NCBI GenBank assembly: GCA_945903265.1
Contig: CAMDNQ010000016.1
Coordinates: 6,075-70,074, forward strand
Source: Candidatus Sulfopaludibacter sp. SbA3
GTDB lineage: Bacteria; Acidobacteriota; Vicinamibacteria; Vicinamibacterales; UBA2999
DNA length: 64,000 nucleotides
Direction: 5' to 3'
Below the pieces are notes generated by a model that saw only the letters and a list, made by a program, of their open reading frames with translations, searched no databases and had not been told where the DNA came from. Positions 19,665-28,201 of this stretch are shown here, piece by piece; the stretch's first letter is position 1, and each line of letters opens with the position of its first letter. A program made the translations under genes and the position numbers.

Positions 19665-21839
19665 CTAACGCGCGCGCAACAGCCGCAGCGCGTTCCCGAC
19701 CACAATCACCGACGCCCCCGTATCGGCCAGGACCGCCATCCAGAGCGTCGCGGTCCCGGCGACCGCCATCGCCAGGAACGCGGCTTTCAGCGCCAGGGAA
19801 ATGGCGACGTTCACCCTGACGTTCCACATCGTGGCGCGCGCCAGGCGGATGGCGTACGGCAGACGCAGTAGCTCGTCCGACATCAGCGCGACGTCGGCGG
19901 TTTCCAGCGCGGCATCCGATCCCGCGGCACCCATCGCGACGCCGACGTCGGCGGCGGCGAGCGCCGGCGCGTCATTGATGCCGTCGCCGACCATCAGCAC
20001 CGGGCCGCGCGCCTTCAAGGAGCGCACCAGCGCGTGCTTCTCCTCCGGCAGCAGCTCGCCGTGGTGTTCGTCCACCTGCAGCTCCCGCGCAACCCGCTCG
20101 GCGACGCGGCGATGATCCCCGGTCAGCATGACGACGTGACGGATACCCTGCTCGCGCAGCATGCCTATGGCTTCCCGCGCCGTGTCGCGCGCGCGGTCCT
20201 GCAGGAGAATGGCGCCGGCGAGACTCCCGTCAATCGATACGTACACCGTTGAGGCGTCCGAGGCGGCCACAGCACTTTCGCGCCAGGTCGCGACGACCGC
20301 CGCGGCGAGCGGACCCGACTGAAACAGCCGCTCGTTCCCCACGGCGACACGCACGCCGTCCACGTCTCCTTCGGCGCCCATGCCGGGCACGGCCTGGAAA
20401 CCCGCTGCCGACGGAATCGCGGACCCGCGCGCCTGCGCGGCAGCCACGATGGCGCGCGCGACCGGATGCTCGGATCGCGTTTCAATGGCGGCCGCGGCCC
20501 TCAGGACATCCGTGCCCGTCCGGCCGTCCATGGCGATGACGTCCACCACGGCCAGATTGCCGGTGGTCAACGTGCCGGTCTTGTCGAAGGCGGCCACGCG
20601 CACGGCCGCAAGCCGCTCGAGATACACCCCGCCCTTGATCAGTACGCCGTTGCGAGCCGCCGCGGACAATGCCGCCACGATCGAGACGGGCGTCGAAATC
20701 ACAAGCGCACACGGGCAGGAGATGACGAGCAGCACGAGCGCCCGATAGACCCACGTCGCCACGTCGCCACCGGCCAGTAGCGGGACGAGCGCAAGGGCCA
20801 TCGCGAGGAGCAGAACCGCGGGCGTGTAGATACGCGCGAACCGATCGACAAATGTCTGTACGGGCGCGCGGCTGGCCTGCGCGGTTTCGACGAGGTGAAT
20901 GACGCGTGCCAGGCGCGTATCGCGAACCAGTCGGGTCACGCGCACGTCGAGCGCTCCGCGCCCGTTGATGGTTCCGGCAAACACGGCGGCGTCCGGGCTC
21001 TTGTCGATCGGGAGCGATTCGCCGGTCAGCGGCGCCTCGTTGACGTCGCTGTGGCCGGCACTCACCACGCCGTCGAGCGGGATTTTTTCGCCGGGCCGGA
21101 CCAGCATGTCGTCCCCGATGCGAATGTCCTCGACGAGGACGCGCAGCTCGACGCCGTCCCGTCGCACGAGCGCATCTCTCGGCGAGAGCTCGATCAGCGC
21201 TCGGATCGCCTGCCGGGCCCGCTCCATGGTTCGCACTTCGAGCCACTGGGCGACGGCAAACAGGAGCACCACGCTGGCAGCTTCGAACCATTCGCCGAGC
21301 AGCAGGGCGCCGGCGACGGCGATGACCATCAGTGCATTGATGTCGAGCGTGAAGGACCTGACGGCCCGCACTGCCCGCCGCGCGGGGAACACCGCGCCGG
21401 CAATCGCCGCCGTCGTGAACACGATGGCCGCCATGTCCGGACGTCCAGCCGCCGACAGCACGAGCCCGGCGGCGGTGGCGATGGCGCAGCCAACCATGAG
21501 GCGCCAGCGCCACACGAGATCGGCGCCGGCCACAGCCGGTTCCTCATGCTCGAGCCACATCCGCATGCCGGTCTGGCCCACCGCGTCGACCATCGCCGTG
21601 GTCGTCAGTCTGGCCGCGTCGTACTTTACGTACAGGCGCTGGCCGAGCAGGTCGGCTGACATCGCCTCGAGCCCGGTCAGCGGCTTGAGGCGCCGCTCGA
21701 GGATGCGCACCTCCTCGTGGCAGTCCATCCCCTCCACGCGGAAAACGGCTTCCGCGTGAAGCTCGCAGGTCGCGCAGGGCGCCGGCTGGAGTGAAGCCAC
21801 GGTGCCTCCAGCGTACCGGCGGCCGGCCGCTGGCGGCAA
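19665..21839 (-). CDS. heavy-metal translocating P1B-type ATPase (Zn/Cd/Pb-like CPC type)
   Basis: Contains DKTGTLT, SCPCALVISTP, GDGINDAP and an N-terminal HMA-like domain. The exact start is uncertain. Confidence 0.9.
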   Translation of the reverse strand: MPPAAGRRYAGGTVASLQPAPCATCELHAEAVFRVEGMDCHEEVRILERRLKPLTGLEAMSADLLGQRLYVKYDAARLTTTAMVDAVGQTGMRMWLEHEEPAVAGADLVWRWRLMVGCAIATAAGLVLSAAGRPDMAAIVFTTAAIAGAVFPARRAVRAVRSFTLDINALMVIAVAGALLLGEWFEAASVVLLFAVAQWLEVRTMERARQAIRALIELSPRDALVRRDGVELRVLVEDIRIGDDMLVRPGEKIPLDGVVSAGHSDVNEAPLTGESLPIDKSPDAAVFAGTINGRGALDVRVTRLVRDTRLARVIHLVETAQASRAPVQTFVDRFARIYTPAVLLLAMALALVPLLAGGDVATWVYRALVLLVISCPCALVISTPVSIVAALSAAARNGVLIKGGVYLERLAAVRVAAFDKTGTLTTGNLAVVDVIAMDGRTGTDVLRAAAAIETRSEHPVARAIVAAAQARGSAIPSAAGFQAVPGMGAEGDVDGVRVAVGNERLFQSGPLAAAVVATWRESAVAASDASTVYVSIDGSLAGAILLQDRARDTAREAIGMLREQGIRHVVMLTGDHRRVAERVARELQVDEHHGELLPEEKHALVRSLKARGPVLMVGDGINDAPALAAADVGVAMGAAGSDAALETADVALMSDELLRLPYAIRLARATMWNVRVNVAISLALKAAFLAMAVAGTATLWMAVLADTGASVIVVGNALRLLRAR

Positions 21840-21952
21840 TGAAGCGTCGAAACGGGCGACGCCGGTTGCCGAGGCAGCGTGGATGGGCTAGGATTGCGGG
21901 CTGGGCGACGCTAAATTGCTCTGGTTCTAGAAGTTACGAGGAGGAGTCCCAC

Positions 21953-22927
21953 GTGATCGAGGTGCAACACCTCACCAAGCGCTACGGCCCGACGACGGCC
22001 GTCAACGACATCAGCTTCACGGTGGAGAAAGGGGAAGTCCTCGGCTTCCTCGGCCCGAACGGCGCCGGCAAGACGACGACGATGCGCGTCCTGACCGGCT
22101 ATATGCCCGCCACCGAAGGCAAAGCCATCGTCGCCGGCTACGACGTCTTCGAGCAGCCGCTCGAGGCGAAGCGCCGCACGGGCTATCTGCCGGAAACGCC
22201 GCCGCTCTATCCCGAGATGACCGTCCGCGACTACCTGATGTTTGTCTCGCGCATCAAAGGCGTGCCGCGTGCCGATCGGAAGTCGCGGGTGCAGGACGTG
22301 ATGGAACGGACGCGCGTCGCCGACATGGCCGAACGCCATTGCGGGAAGCTCTCGAAGGGCTACCGCCAGCGAGTCGGCCTCGCGCAGGCGATCATCCACA
22401 ACCCGGAGGTGCTGATTCTCGACGAGCCGACCGCCGGTCTCGACCCGAAGCAGATTATCGAGACCCGCCGGTTGATCAAGGAGCTTGGCGGCGATCACAC
22501 GATCATCCTCAGCACGCACATCCTTCCCGAGGTCAGCCAGACCTGCCAGCGCGTCGTCATCATCAACAAAGGGCATGTCGTGGCGGTCGACACGCCGGAC
22601 AATCTGACGGCCCGGCTCCGCGGGTCGGAAACGATGTACATGCAGATCGAGGCGCCGTCCTCGGCGAACGTCAAGGGCGCGCTCGAATCGATTCCGGGCG
22701 TCTCGAGTGTCTCAGTGCCTGATATGCGCGGACCAATTGCGACGTTTGAAGTGAACAGCGGCGCGGGACAGGACGTCCGCCGGCAGCTGGCATCAGCGGT
22801 TGTGTCGAGCGGGTGGGGCCTGCTGGAACTGCGGCCTCTCCGGATGAGCCTCGAGGAAATCTTCCTGCACCTCACTACCGAGGATACGGCGCAGCAGCCG
22901 GTCGTCGAGGAGGCCGTCCATGAATAA
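21953..22927 (+). CDS. ABC transporter ATP-binding protein (GldA-like)
   Basis: Walker A GPNGAGKTT, signature LSKGYRQR and Walker B LILDEPT. GTG at 21953 sits 8 nt after GAGGAGG. Confidence 0.9.
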   Translation: MIEVQHLTKRYGPTTAVNDISFTVEKGEVLGFLGPNGAGKTTTMRVLTGYMPATEGKAIVAGYDVFEQPLEAKRRTGYLPETPPLYPEMTVRDYLMFVSRIKGVPRADRKSRVQDVMERTRVADMAERHCGKLSKGYRQRVGLAQAIIHNPEVLILDEPTAGLDPKQIIETRRLIKELGGDHTIILSTHILPEVSQTCQRVVIINKGHVVAVDTPDNLTARLRGSETMYMQIEAPSSANVKGALESIPGVSSVSVPDMRGPIATFEVNSGAGQDVRRQLASAVVSSGWGLLELRPLRMSLEEIFLHLTTEDTAQQPVVEEAVHE

Positions 22928-23690
22928 CATCGTGGCCATCGCGCAGAAGGAGCTGAAAAGCTATTTCGCCTCGCCGATCGCGTACATCGTCATCGGTTTT
23001 TCGGCGATTCTGTTCGGCTGGTTCTTCATCAACCTGCTCTATTACTTCGACCGCATGGCCATGCAGGCGGCCGGGGGGATGGGCGGACCGCAGGCGGTCA
23101 ACGTCAACGAAACGCTGATTGCTCCCCTCTTCATGAACGTCAGCGTGATCCTGCTCTTCACGCTTCCGCTCATCACGATGCGGACCTACTCCGAAGAGAA
23201 GCGCTCGGGCACCATCGAGCTGCTGCTGACGTCTCCGCTGACCGACGCGCAGATTGTGCTGGGCAAATTCTTCGGCTGCCTGATTCTCTACGCAGCCATG
23301 CTCGGCGTGACGGTCGTCCACATGGGCATACTGTTCGCGTTCGGGAACCCCGAGTGGCGGCCGGTGCTCACAGGCTACCTGGGCCTGCTGCTCATGGGCG
23401 GGTGCTTTCTCTCCATGGGCCTCTTCATCTCGAGCCTGACGAAGAACCAGATCGTCGCGGGCATGATCACCTTCGCGGTGTTCCTGATGTTCTGGGTCAT
23501 CAACTGGATTTCGTCGTTCACCAGCCCGACGACCCAGGCGGTACTGAATTACCTGTCCATAACCGAGCACCTGAACGACTTCACCAGAGGCGTGCTCGAT
23601 ACCAAGCATCTGGTCTATTACGTTTCCTTTATTGCGTTCAGCCTGTTCCTGACCGTGCGGTCGGTCGACAGCGAACGCTGGCGCGGATAA
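22920..23690 (+). CDS. ABC-2 type transporter permease (GldF-like)
   Basis: Six-TM ABC-2 permease with IAQKELKSYF.SPIAY N-terminus. Overlaps the ATPase stop. Confidence 0.85.
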   Translation: MNNIVAIAQKELKSYFASPIAYIVIGFSAILFGWFFINLLYYFDRMAMQAAGGMGGPQAVNVNETLIAPLFMNVSVILLFTLPLITMRTYSEEKRSGTIELLLTSPLTDAQIVLGKFFGCLILYAAMLGVTVVHMGILFAFGNPEWRPVLTGYLGLLLMGGCFLSMGLFISSLTKNQIVAGMITFAVFLMFWVINWISSFTSPTTQAVLNYLSITEHLNDFTRGVLDTKHLVYYVSFIAFSLFLTVRSVDSERWRG

Positions 23691-23693
23691 GCC

Positions 23694-25250
23694 ATGCAGC
23701 AGATTCTCAGCATTCTCGGTTGGATCGGCACGGCGCTCGTCTTCGCGGCCGTCGCGATTCGCTTCATCAGGCCGGAGTACGAGCAGTACGGGACGTGGGC
23801 CGCCTGGGGCGGCCTTGCGCTCGTGGTGCTGTACACGCTCGGTCAGTGGCGCGAGATCATTGCGTATTTCCGGAAGCGCAATGCGCGGTACGGCGCCGTG
23901 GCGACGACGGGCGTGCTCGTCGCCCTGGCCATCGTCATCGCGGTCAATTACCTGTCCACGAGACAGAACAAGCGATGGGATCTCACCGCGAACCAGCAGA
24001 ACAGCCTGTCTGAACAGACCGTGAGGGTCCTGCAGGGCCTGACGGCGCCCGTGAAGTTCACGGTCTTCGATCAGCAGGCGTCGCTCGATCGCTTCCGCGG
24101 CCGGCTCGAGGAGTATCGGTACCACTCGGATCAGGTCTCGGTCGAGTACATCGATCCCGACGCGCGACCTGTCGTCGCGCGGGAGTACGAGGTTCAGGCG
24201 TACGGGACCGTCGTCATCGACTACATGGGGCGCCGCGAGCGCGTCACCACGGACACCGAGCAGGACCTGACCAACGGGCTGATCAAGGCGTTGTCGGACC
24301 AGCAGCGCAAGATCTACTTCCTGCAGGGGCACGGCGAGAAGGAGCCGAACGACACCGAGCGCGATGGCTACAGTGCGCTCACCGGGATGTTGCGGCGCGA
24401 CAACTATCTCGTCGAGCTGCTGGTTCTGGCGCAGCAGAAGGAAGTTCCAGCCGACGCAACGGTCGTCGTGATCGCCGGTCCGACGACGGATCTACTGCCG
24501 ACGGAAGCCGAAGCGCTGAGGGCATACCTCGGCAAAGCCGGAAAACTGATGGTGCTTCTCGATCCGGGCGTCGGGACGCAGCCGGCGCAGCTGGCGAATC
24601 TCGACATGCTGTTGACCGAATGGGGAATCACCGCCGGCAACAACGTCGTAGTGGACGTCAGCGGCGCGACCAACGAGCCGAGCATCGCGGTCGCGGCAAC
24701 ATATCCGACGCATGCGATCACCGAAAACTTCGGGACGCTCACCATCTATCCGCTCGCGCGCACGGTCGAGCCGATCGAGGGTGGGACGAGCGGGCGCACG
24801 CCGCAGACGATCGTGCAGACAAGCGGCGGCAGCTGGGCGGAGAGCAATCTTGCCTCGCTGACGACCGGCGTCCAGATGGAGCCGGCGAGCGGCGATAAGC
24901 CCGGCCCGCTGTCGATCGGCGTGGCGGTGTCGGCCGGCGCGGACAGCACCGCGGCGCCTCCCGCCGCAGGCGACGCGCCAAAGCCGGAAACGCGTGTCGT
25001 CGTCTTCGGCGACTCTGACTTCGGGACCAACGCGTACGCAGGCGTTCCCGGGAATCCGAACTTCTTCGCCAATGCCGTCAACTGGCTGGCGCAGCAGGAA
25101 AACCTGATCGCGATTCGTCCGAAGGAAGCCGGCGACAGGCGCGTCACGATGACCCCGCGGCAGCAGACGGCGGCCTTCTTCACATCCATCCTGCTCCTGC
25201 CGGCAATCGTGTTCGGCGCGGGCATCTACACCTGGTGGCGGAGGCGGTAG
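23694..25250 (+). CDS. GldG-family ABC transport auxiliary protein
   Basis: N- and C-terminal TM anchors flank a large periplasmic domain. Position and sequence style match ABC_transp_aux/GldG. Confidence 0.75.
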   Translation: MQQILSILGWIGTALVFAAVAIRFIRPEYEQYGTWAAWGGLALVVLYTLGQWREIIAYFRKRNARYGAVATTGVLVALAIVIAVNYLSTRQNKRWDLTANQQNSLSEQTVRVLQGLTAPVKFTVFDQQASLDRFRGRLEEYRYHSDQVSVEYIDPDARPVVAREYEVQAYGTVVIDYMGRRERVTTDTEQDLTNGLIKALSDQQRKIYFLQGHGEKEPNDTERDGYSALTGMLRRDNYLVELLVLAQQKEVPADATVVVIAGPTTDLLPTEAEALRAYLGKAGKLMVLLDPGVGTQPAQLANLDMLLTEWGITAGNNVVVDVSGATNEPSIAVAATYPTHAITENFGTLTIYPLARTVEPIEGGTSGRTPQTIVQTSGGSWAESNLASLTTGVQMEPASGDKPGPLSIGVAVSAGADSTAAPPAAGDAPKPETRVVVFGDSDFGTNAYAGVPGNPNFFANAVNWLAQQENLIAIRPKEAGDRRVTMTPRQQTAAFFTSILLLPAIVFGAGIYTWWRRR

Positions 25251-25251
25251 C

Positions 25252-26562
25252 ATGCGCGGCCTGAAGTCGACGGTTGTTCTGCTCGTCATCCTGGTCGGGC
25301 TGGGCGCGTACATCTACTTCGATCGCAACCGCGAGATCGAAGACCCGAACGCAAAACCGAAGGCGTTCACGACGCTGGCGACGGACGACATCGAGGAGCT
25401 GCAGATTCGAAACGCCAGCGGCGAGACGACGAGACTGCAGCGCGCCGGCGAAGAGTGGCAGATCGTGGAGCCGGTGAAGGCGGAGGCGGATAACGGCGTC
25501 GTCGGAACCGTGACGAGCAACATCGGCACGCTCGAAGTCCAGCGCGTCGTCGATGAAAGCCCGACAGACCTCAAACAGTACGGACTCGAACCGGCACGCA
25601 TCGAGGTGGCGTTCCGCCTGAAAGGCCAGAAGGATCTACAGCGGGTCCTGGTCGGCGACAAGACGCCAGCCGGCGGCGATCTGTTCGCCAAGCGCAGTGA
25701 TGAGAACCGGGTGTTCCTGGTCTCGTCGTTCCTGGATTCCATCTTCAACAAGACGGCGTTCGACCTGCGCGACAAGATCGTGCTGGCGTTCGATCGCGAC
25801 AAGGCCGAGGGCGTCGAAGTCGTGTCCGGCACCACGACGACACAGTTCTCGCGCAACGGCACGGACTGGCGCATCGTCCGGCCCGTGACCGTCCGGGCCG
25901 ATTACGCCGGGGCCGAGGGCCTTCTCACCCGTCTCTCGTCGACGAACATGCTGACCGTCGTCGCGGAGGACGGCGACCTCGCGATGTACGGACTCGACCG
26001 GCCGTCAACGACGGCAACGGTACTGATTGGGAGCTCGCGGGCCAGCCTTCTCATCGGCCGAATGGCCGACGGCGGCGGCTACTACGCGAAGGATGCGAAT
26101 CGGCCGATGGTGTTCACGGTGGAACAGGCGCTCGTGACCGACCTCACCAAGGACATCGGCGAGCTCCGGCGCAAGGATCTGTTCGACTCGCGGGCGTTCA
26201 GCGCCACGCGGGTCGAGTTCCAGCGTCCGGGCGCGACGGCCGCATTCGAGCGGACCGACGCGGGCGGCCAGACGACCTGGAAGAACGCGGCGGGGGCAAC
26301 CATCGAGACCGCCAGAATCGAAGAGGCGCTGACGAAGCTGTCGAGCCTCCGCGCGGACGCATTTCAGGCGATGGTTCATCCGTCTGTGAAGGCGCCGGTG
26401 ATCACCGCGACTGTCCGCTTCGATGAAAACAGGACGGAGACCGTCACGTTTGCGCGCGCCGGTACCGAGGTCTACGCCAGCCGGATGGACGAGCCCGGTT
26501 CGGCCCGGGTCGACGCGACGGCGTTCGACGACGCATTGAAGGCGGTGGATGCGTTGAAATGA
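25252..26562 (+). CDS. DUF4340 domain-containing protein
   Basis: N-terminal TM anchor and repeated beta-rich modules. It is the usual fourth gene after GldA/F/G-like genes. Confidence 0.65.
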   Translation: MRGLKSTVVLLVILVGLGAYIYFDRNREIEDPNAKPKAFTTLATDDIEELQIRNASGETTRLQRAGEEWQIVEPVKAEADNGVVGTVTSNIGTLEVQRVVDESPTDLKQYGLEPARIEVAFRLKGQKDLQRVLVGDKTPAGGDLFAKRSDENRVFLVSSFLDSIFNKTAFDLRDKIVLAFDRDKAEGVEVVSGTTTTQFSRNGTDWRIVRPVTVRADYAGAEGLLTRLSSTNMLTVVAEDGDLAMYGLDRPSTTATVLIGSSRASLLIGRMADGGGYYAKDANRPMVFTVEQALVTDLTKDIGELRRKDLFDSRAFSATRVEFQRPGATAAFERTDAGGQTTWKNAAGATIETARIEEALTKLSSLRADAFQAMVHPSVKAPVITATVRFDENRTETVTFARAGTEVYASRMDEPGSARVDATAFDDALKAVDALK

Positions 26563-28097
26563 GCGGAAGGGAAAAGGGTAAAGGGAAAAGGGGAAATCCT
26601 ACCCGTTGGCCGCGTCGGGCTCTATATACCCTTTTACCTTTTACCTTTGCCCTTTTGGCGGGGTGTTCAAAGCCTTCCGTCGCCGTCACCCCGACTCCCC
26701 CTTCCGATCCGCTCGCCGCGCTCGCAGTCAACATCACCAGCACAATCAAGAGTCCCGGTGTGGCGCGCGGCGTCTGGGGCGTCTCGGTGTATTCGCTCGA
26801 TCAGCGCGAGTCTCTCTTCACCCTTAATGACACCACCCTCCTCGTCCCGGCCTCGACGGCCAAACTGATCGCGCTCGCCACGGCCGTTCAGGCAGTGGGA
26901 TGGGACTACCGCTACGAGACGTTCGTGCGTGCGACCGGTCCGATCGCCGACGGCGTCGTTCAAGGCGATCTGGTTGTCGTCGGCTCCGGCGATCCGTCGA
27001 TTGGCGGGCGGGGTGGCGACAGTCTCGCGGCGTTCGTCAATGTCATGCGAACTGCCGGCATCACGCGCATTGAAGGCCGCGTGATCGGCGATGACGATGC
27101 GGTTGATGAACCGCGGCCACAGCTGGCCTGGGCCTGGGACGACCTGGGATACACCACGGGCGCGCTGTTCGGCGCGCTCAACTACGGCGAGAACCGGATG
27201 GATCTCATCGTCGCACCCGGAGCCGGCGCCGGTGAGCGGGCCGAGGTGACCCAGCCGTACCGATGGGGCCGTCCGATACGGATTCGCGCACGCACGGGTG
27301 CTGCGGGATCGCCACAGCTGCTCTGGCCGGAGCAGCGGCCTGGGGAGCCATTCCTCACCGTCGACGGTTCGATACCGATCGGCGCTTCACCCGCGCGGAT
27401 GTCTATCTCGGTGGGCAACCCCACGCTCTGGTTTGCGAACGCGCTTCGCCACGCGCTGATCGAGGCAGGCATCGAGGTAAGAGGCGACGCCTACGACATC
27501 GATGACATCGCCCTCGAGCCGATGACATCGGAGCTTGGCGATGGCATTCTCTACATTCACCGCTCTCCGACCCTGGCCGCGCTGGCGCAGCCGATGTTGA
27601 AAGACAGCATCAACCTTTACGCTGAAGCGGCGCTTCGATTGAACACGCCGGGTGGGACGTTCCCGACGAACGACGCAGCGCTGGCGGGCGTTCGGACGAC
27701 ACTGGCGGGCTGGGATATCGCGACTGACGGCTGGCAGGTCGTTGATGGCTCTGGGCTGTCGCGGCGTGATGCGGTTGCGCCGGGCACGCTCATCGCGGTA
27801 CTTCGGCGCATGTGGGACCCGACCGGCGCCTCGCCATGGATGAACAGCCTGCCGATTGCAGGCGTCGACGGCACACTGGCCGGACGCATGGCCGGCACGG
27901 CCGCAGCGGGCAACGTCCGCGCAAAGACGGGAACCATGTCGAATATCCGGGCGCTGGCGGGCTACGTCCGGACGAAGGACGGCGAGCCGCTGGCCTTTGC
28001 GATCATCGTGAATAACTTCGAGGGAGCTGGCGCGGCGGCGGTCGAGGCGATCGATCGCATCGCCGCGATGCTGGCGAATTTTTCTAGGGTGCCTTAG
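26559..28097 (+). CDS. dacB: D-alanyl-D-alanine carboxypeptidase/endopeptidase (PBP4, S13 family), lipoprotein-type signal
   Basis: SxxK (ASTAK), SGN-like and KTGT (KTGTMSNI) motifs, and lipobox LLAGC. ATGA overlap with the DUF4340 stop. Confidence 0.85.
   Translation: MSGREKGKGKRGNPTRWPRRALYTLLPFTFALLAGCSKPSVAVTPTPPSDPLAALAVNITSTIKSPGVARGVWGVSVYSLDQRESLFTLNDTTLLVPASTAKLIALATAVQAVGWDYRYETFVRATGPIADGVVQGDLVVVGSGDPSIGGRGGDSLAAFVNVMRTAGITRIEGRVIGDDDAVDEPRPQLAWAWDDLGYTTGALFGALNYGENRMDLIVAPGAGAGERAEVTQPYRWGRPIRIRARTGAAGSPQLLWPEQRPGEPFLTVDGSIPIGASPARMSISVGNPTLWFANALRHALIEAGIEVRGDAYDIDDIALEPMTSELGDGILYIHRSPTLAALAQPMLKDSINLYAEAALRLNTPGGTFPTNDAALAGVRTTLAGWDIATDGWQVVDGSGLSRRDAVAPGTLIAVLRRMWDPTGASPWMNSLPIAGVDGTLAGRMAGTAAAGNVRAKTGTMSNIRALAGYVRTKDGEPLAFAIIVNNFEGAGAAAVEAIDRIAAMLANFSRVP
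26567..26658. repeat. inverted arrays of an AAAGGG/CCCTTT word inside the 5' end of dacB
   Basis: Left arm GAAGGGAAAAGGGTAAAGGGAAAAGGGGAAA, right arm CCCTTTTACCTTTTACCTTTGCCCTTTTGG, separated by about 32 nt. Confidence 0.75.
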
Positions 28098-28140
28098 GTG
28101 CCTGGAGTCCCGGTCATTGGCACCCAGGCACACCAGGCAC
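28088..28140. repeat. inverted arrays of a GTGCCTGG word between convergent genes
   Basis: GGTGCCTTAGGTGCCTGG ... GGCACCCAGGCACACCAGGCAC. The left arm overlaps the dacB stop codon. Confidence 0.7.
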
Positions 28141-28201
28141 TCTCAGGGCGACTTTGGGCTGATTAGCCTGCTCTATTCCGCCCCCGGTGCGCCCCCCGCC
28201 C

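Noticed and set aside
22875-24332. 485-aa ORF on the minus strand
   Set aside because: It is antisense to the well-supported ABC-2 permease and GldG-like genes. Its Arg/Pro/Gly/Asp-rich composition is typical of shadow frames in high-GC DNA, and it has no recognisable motifs.
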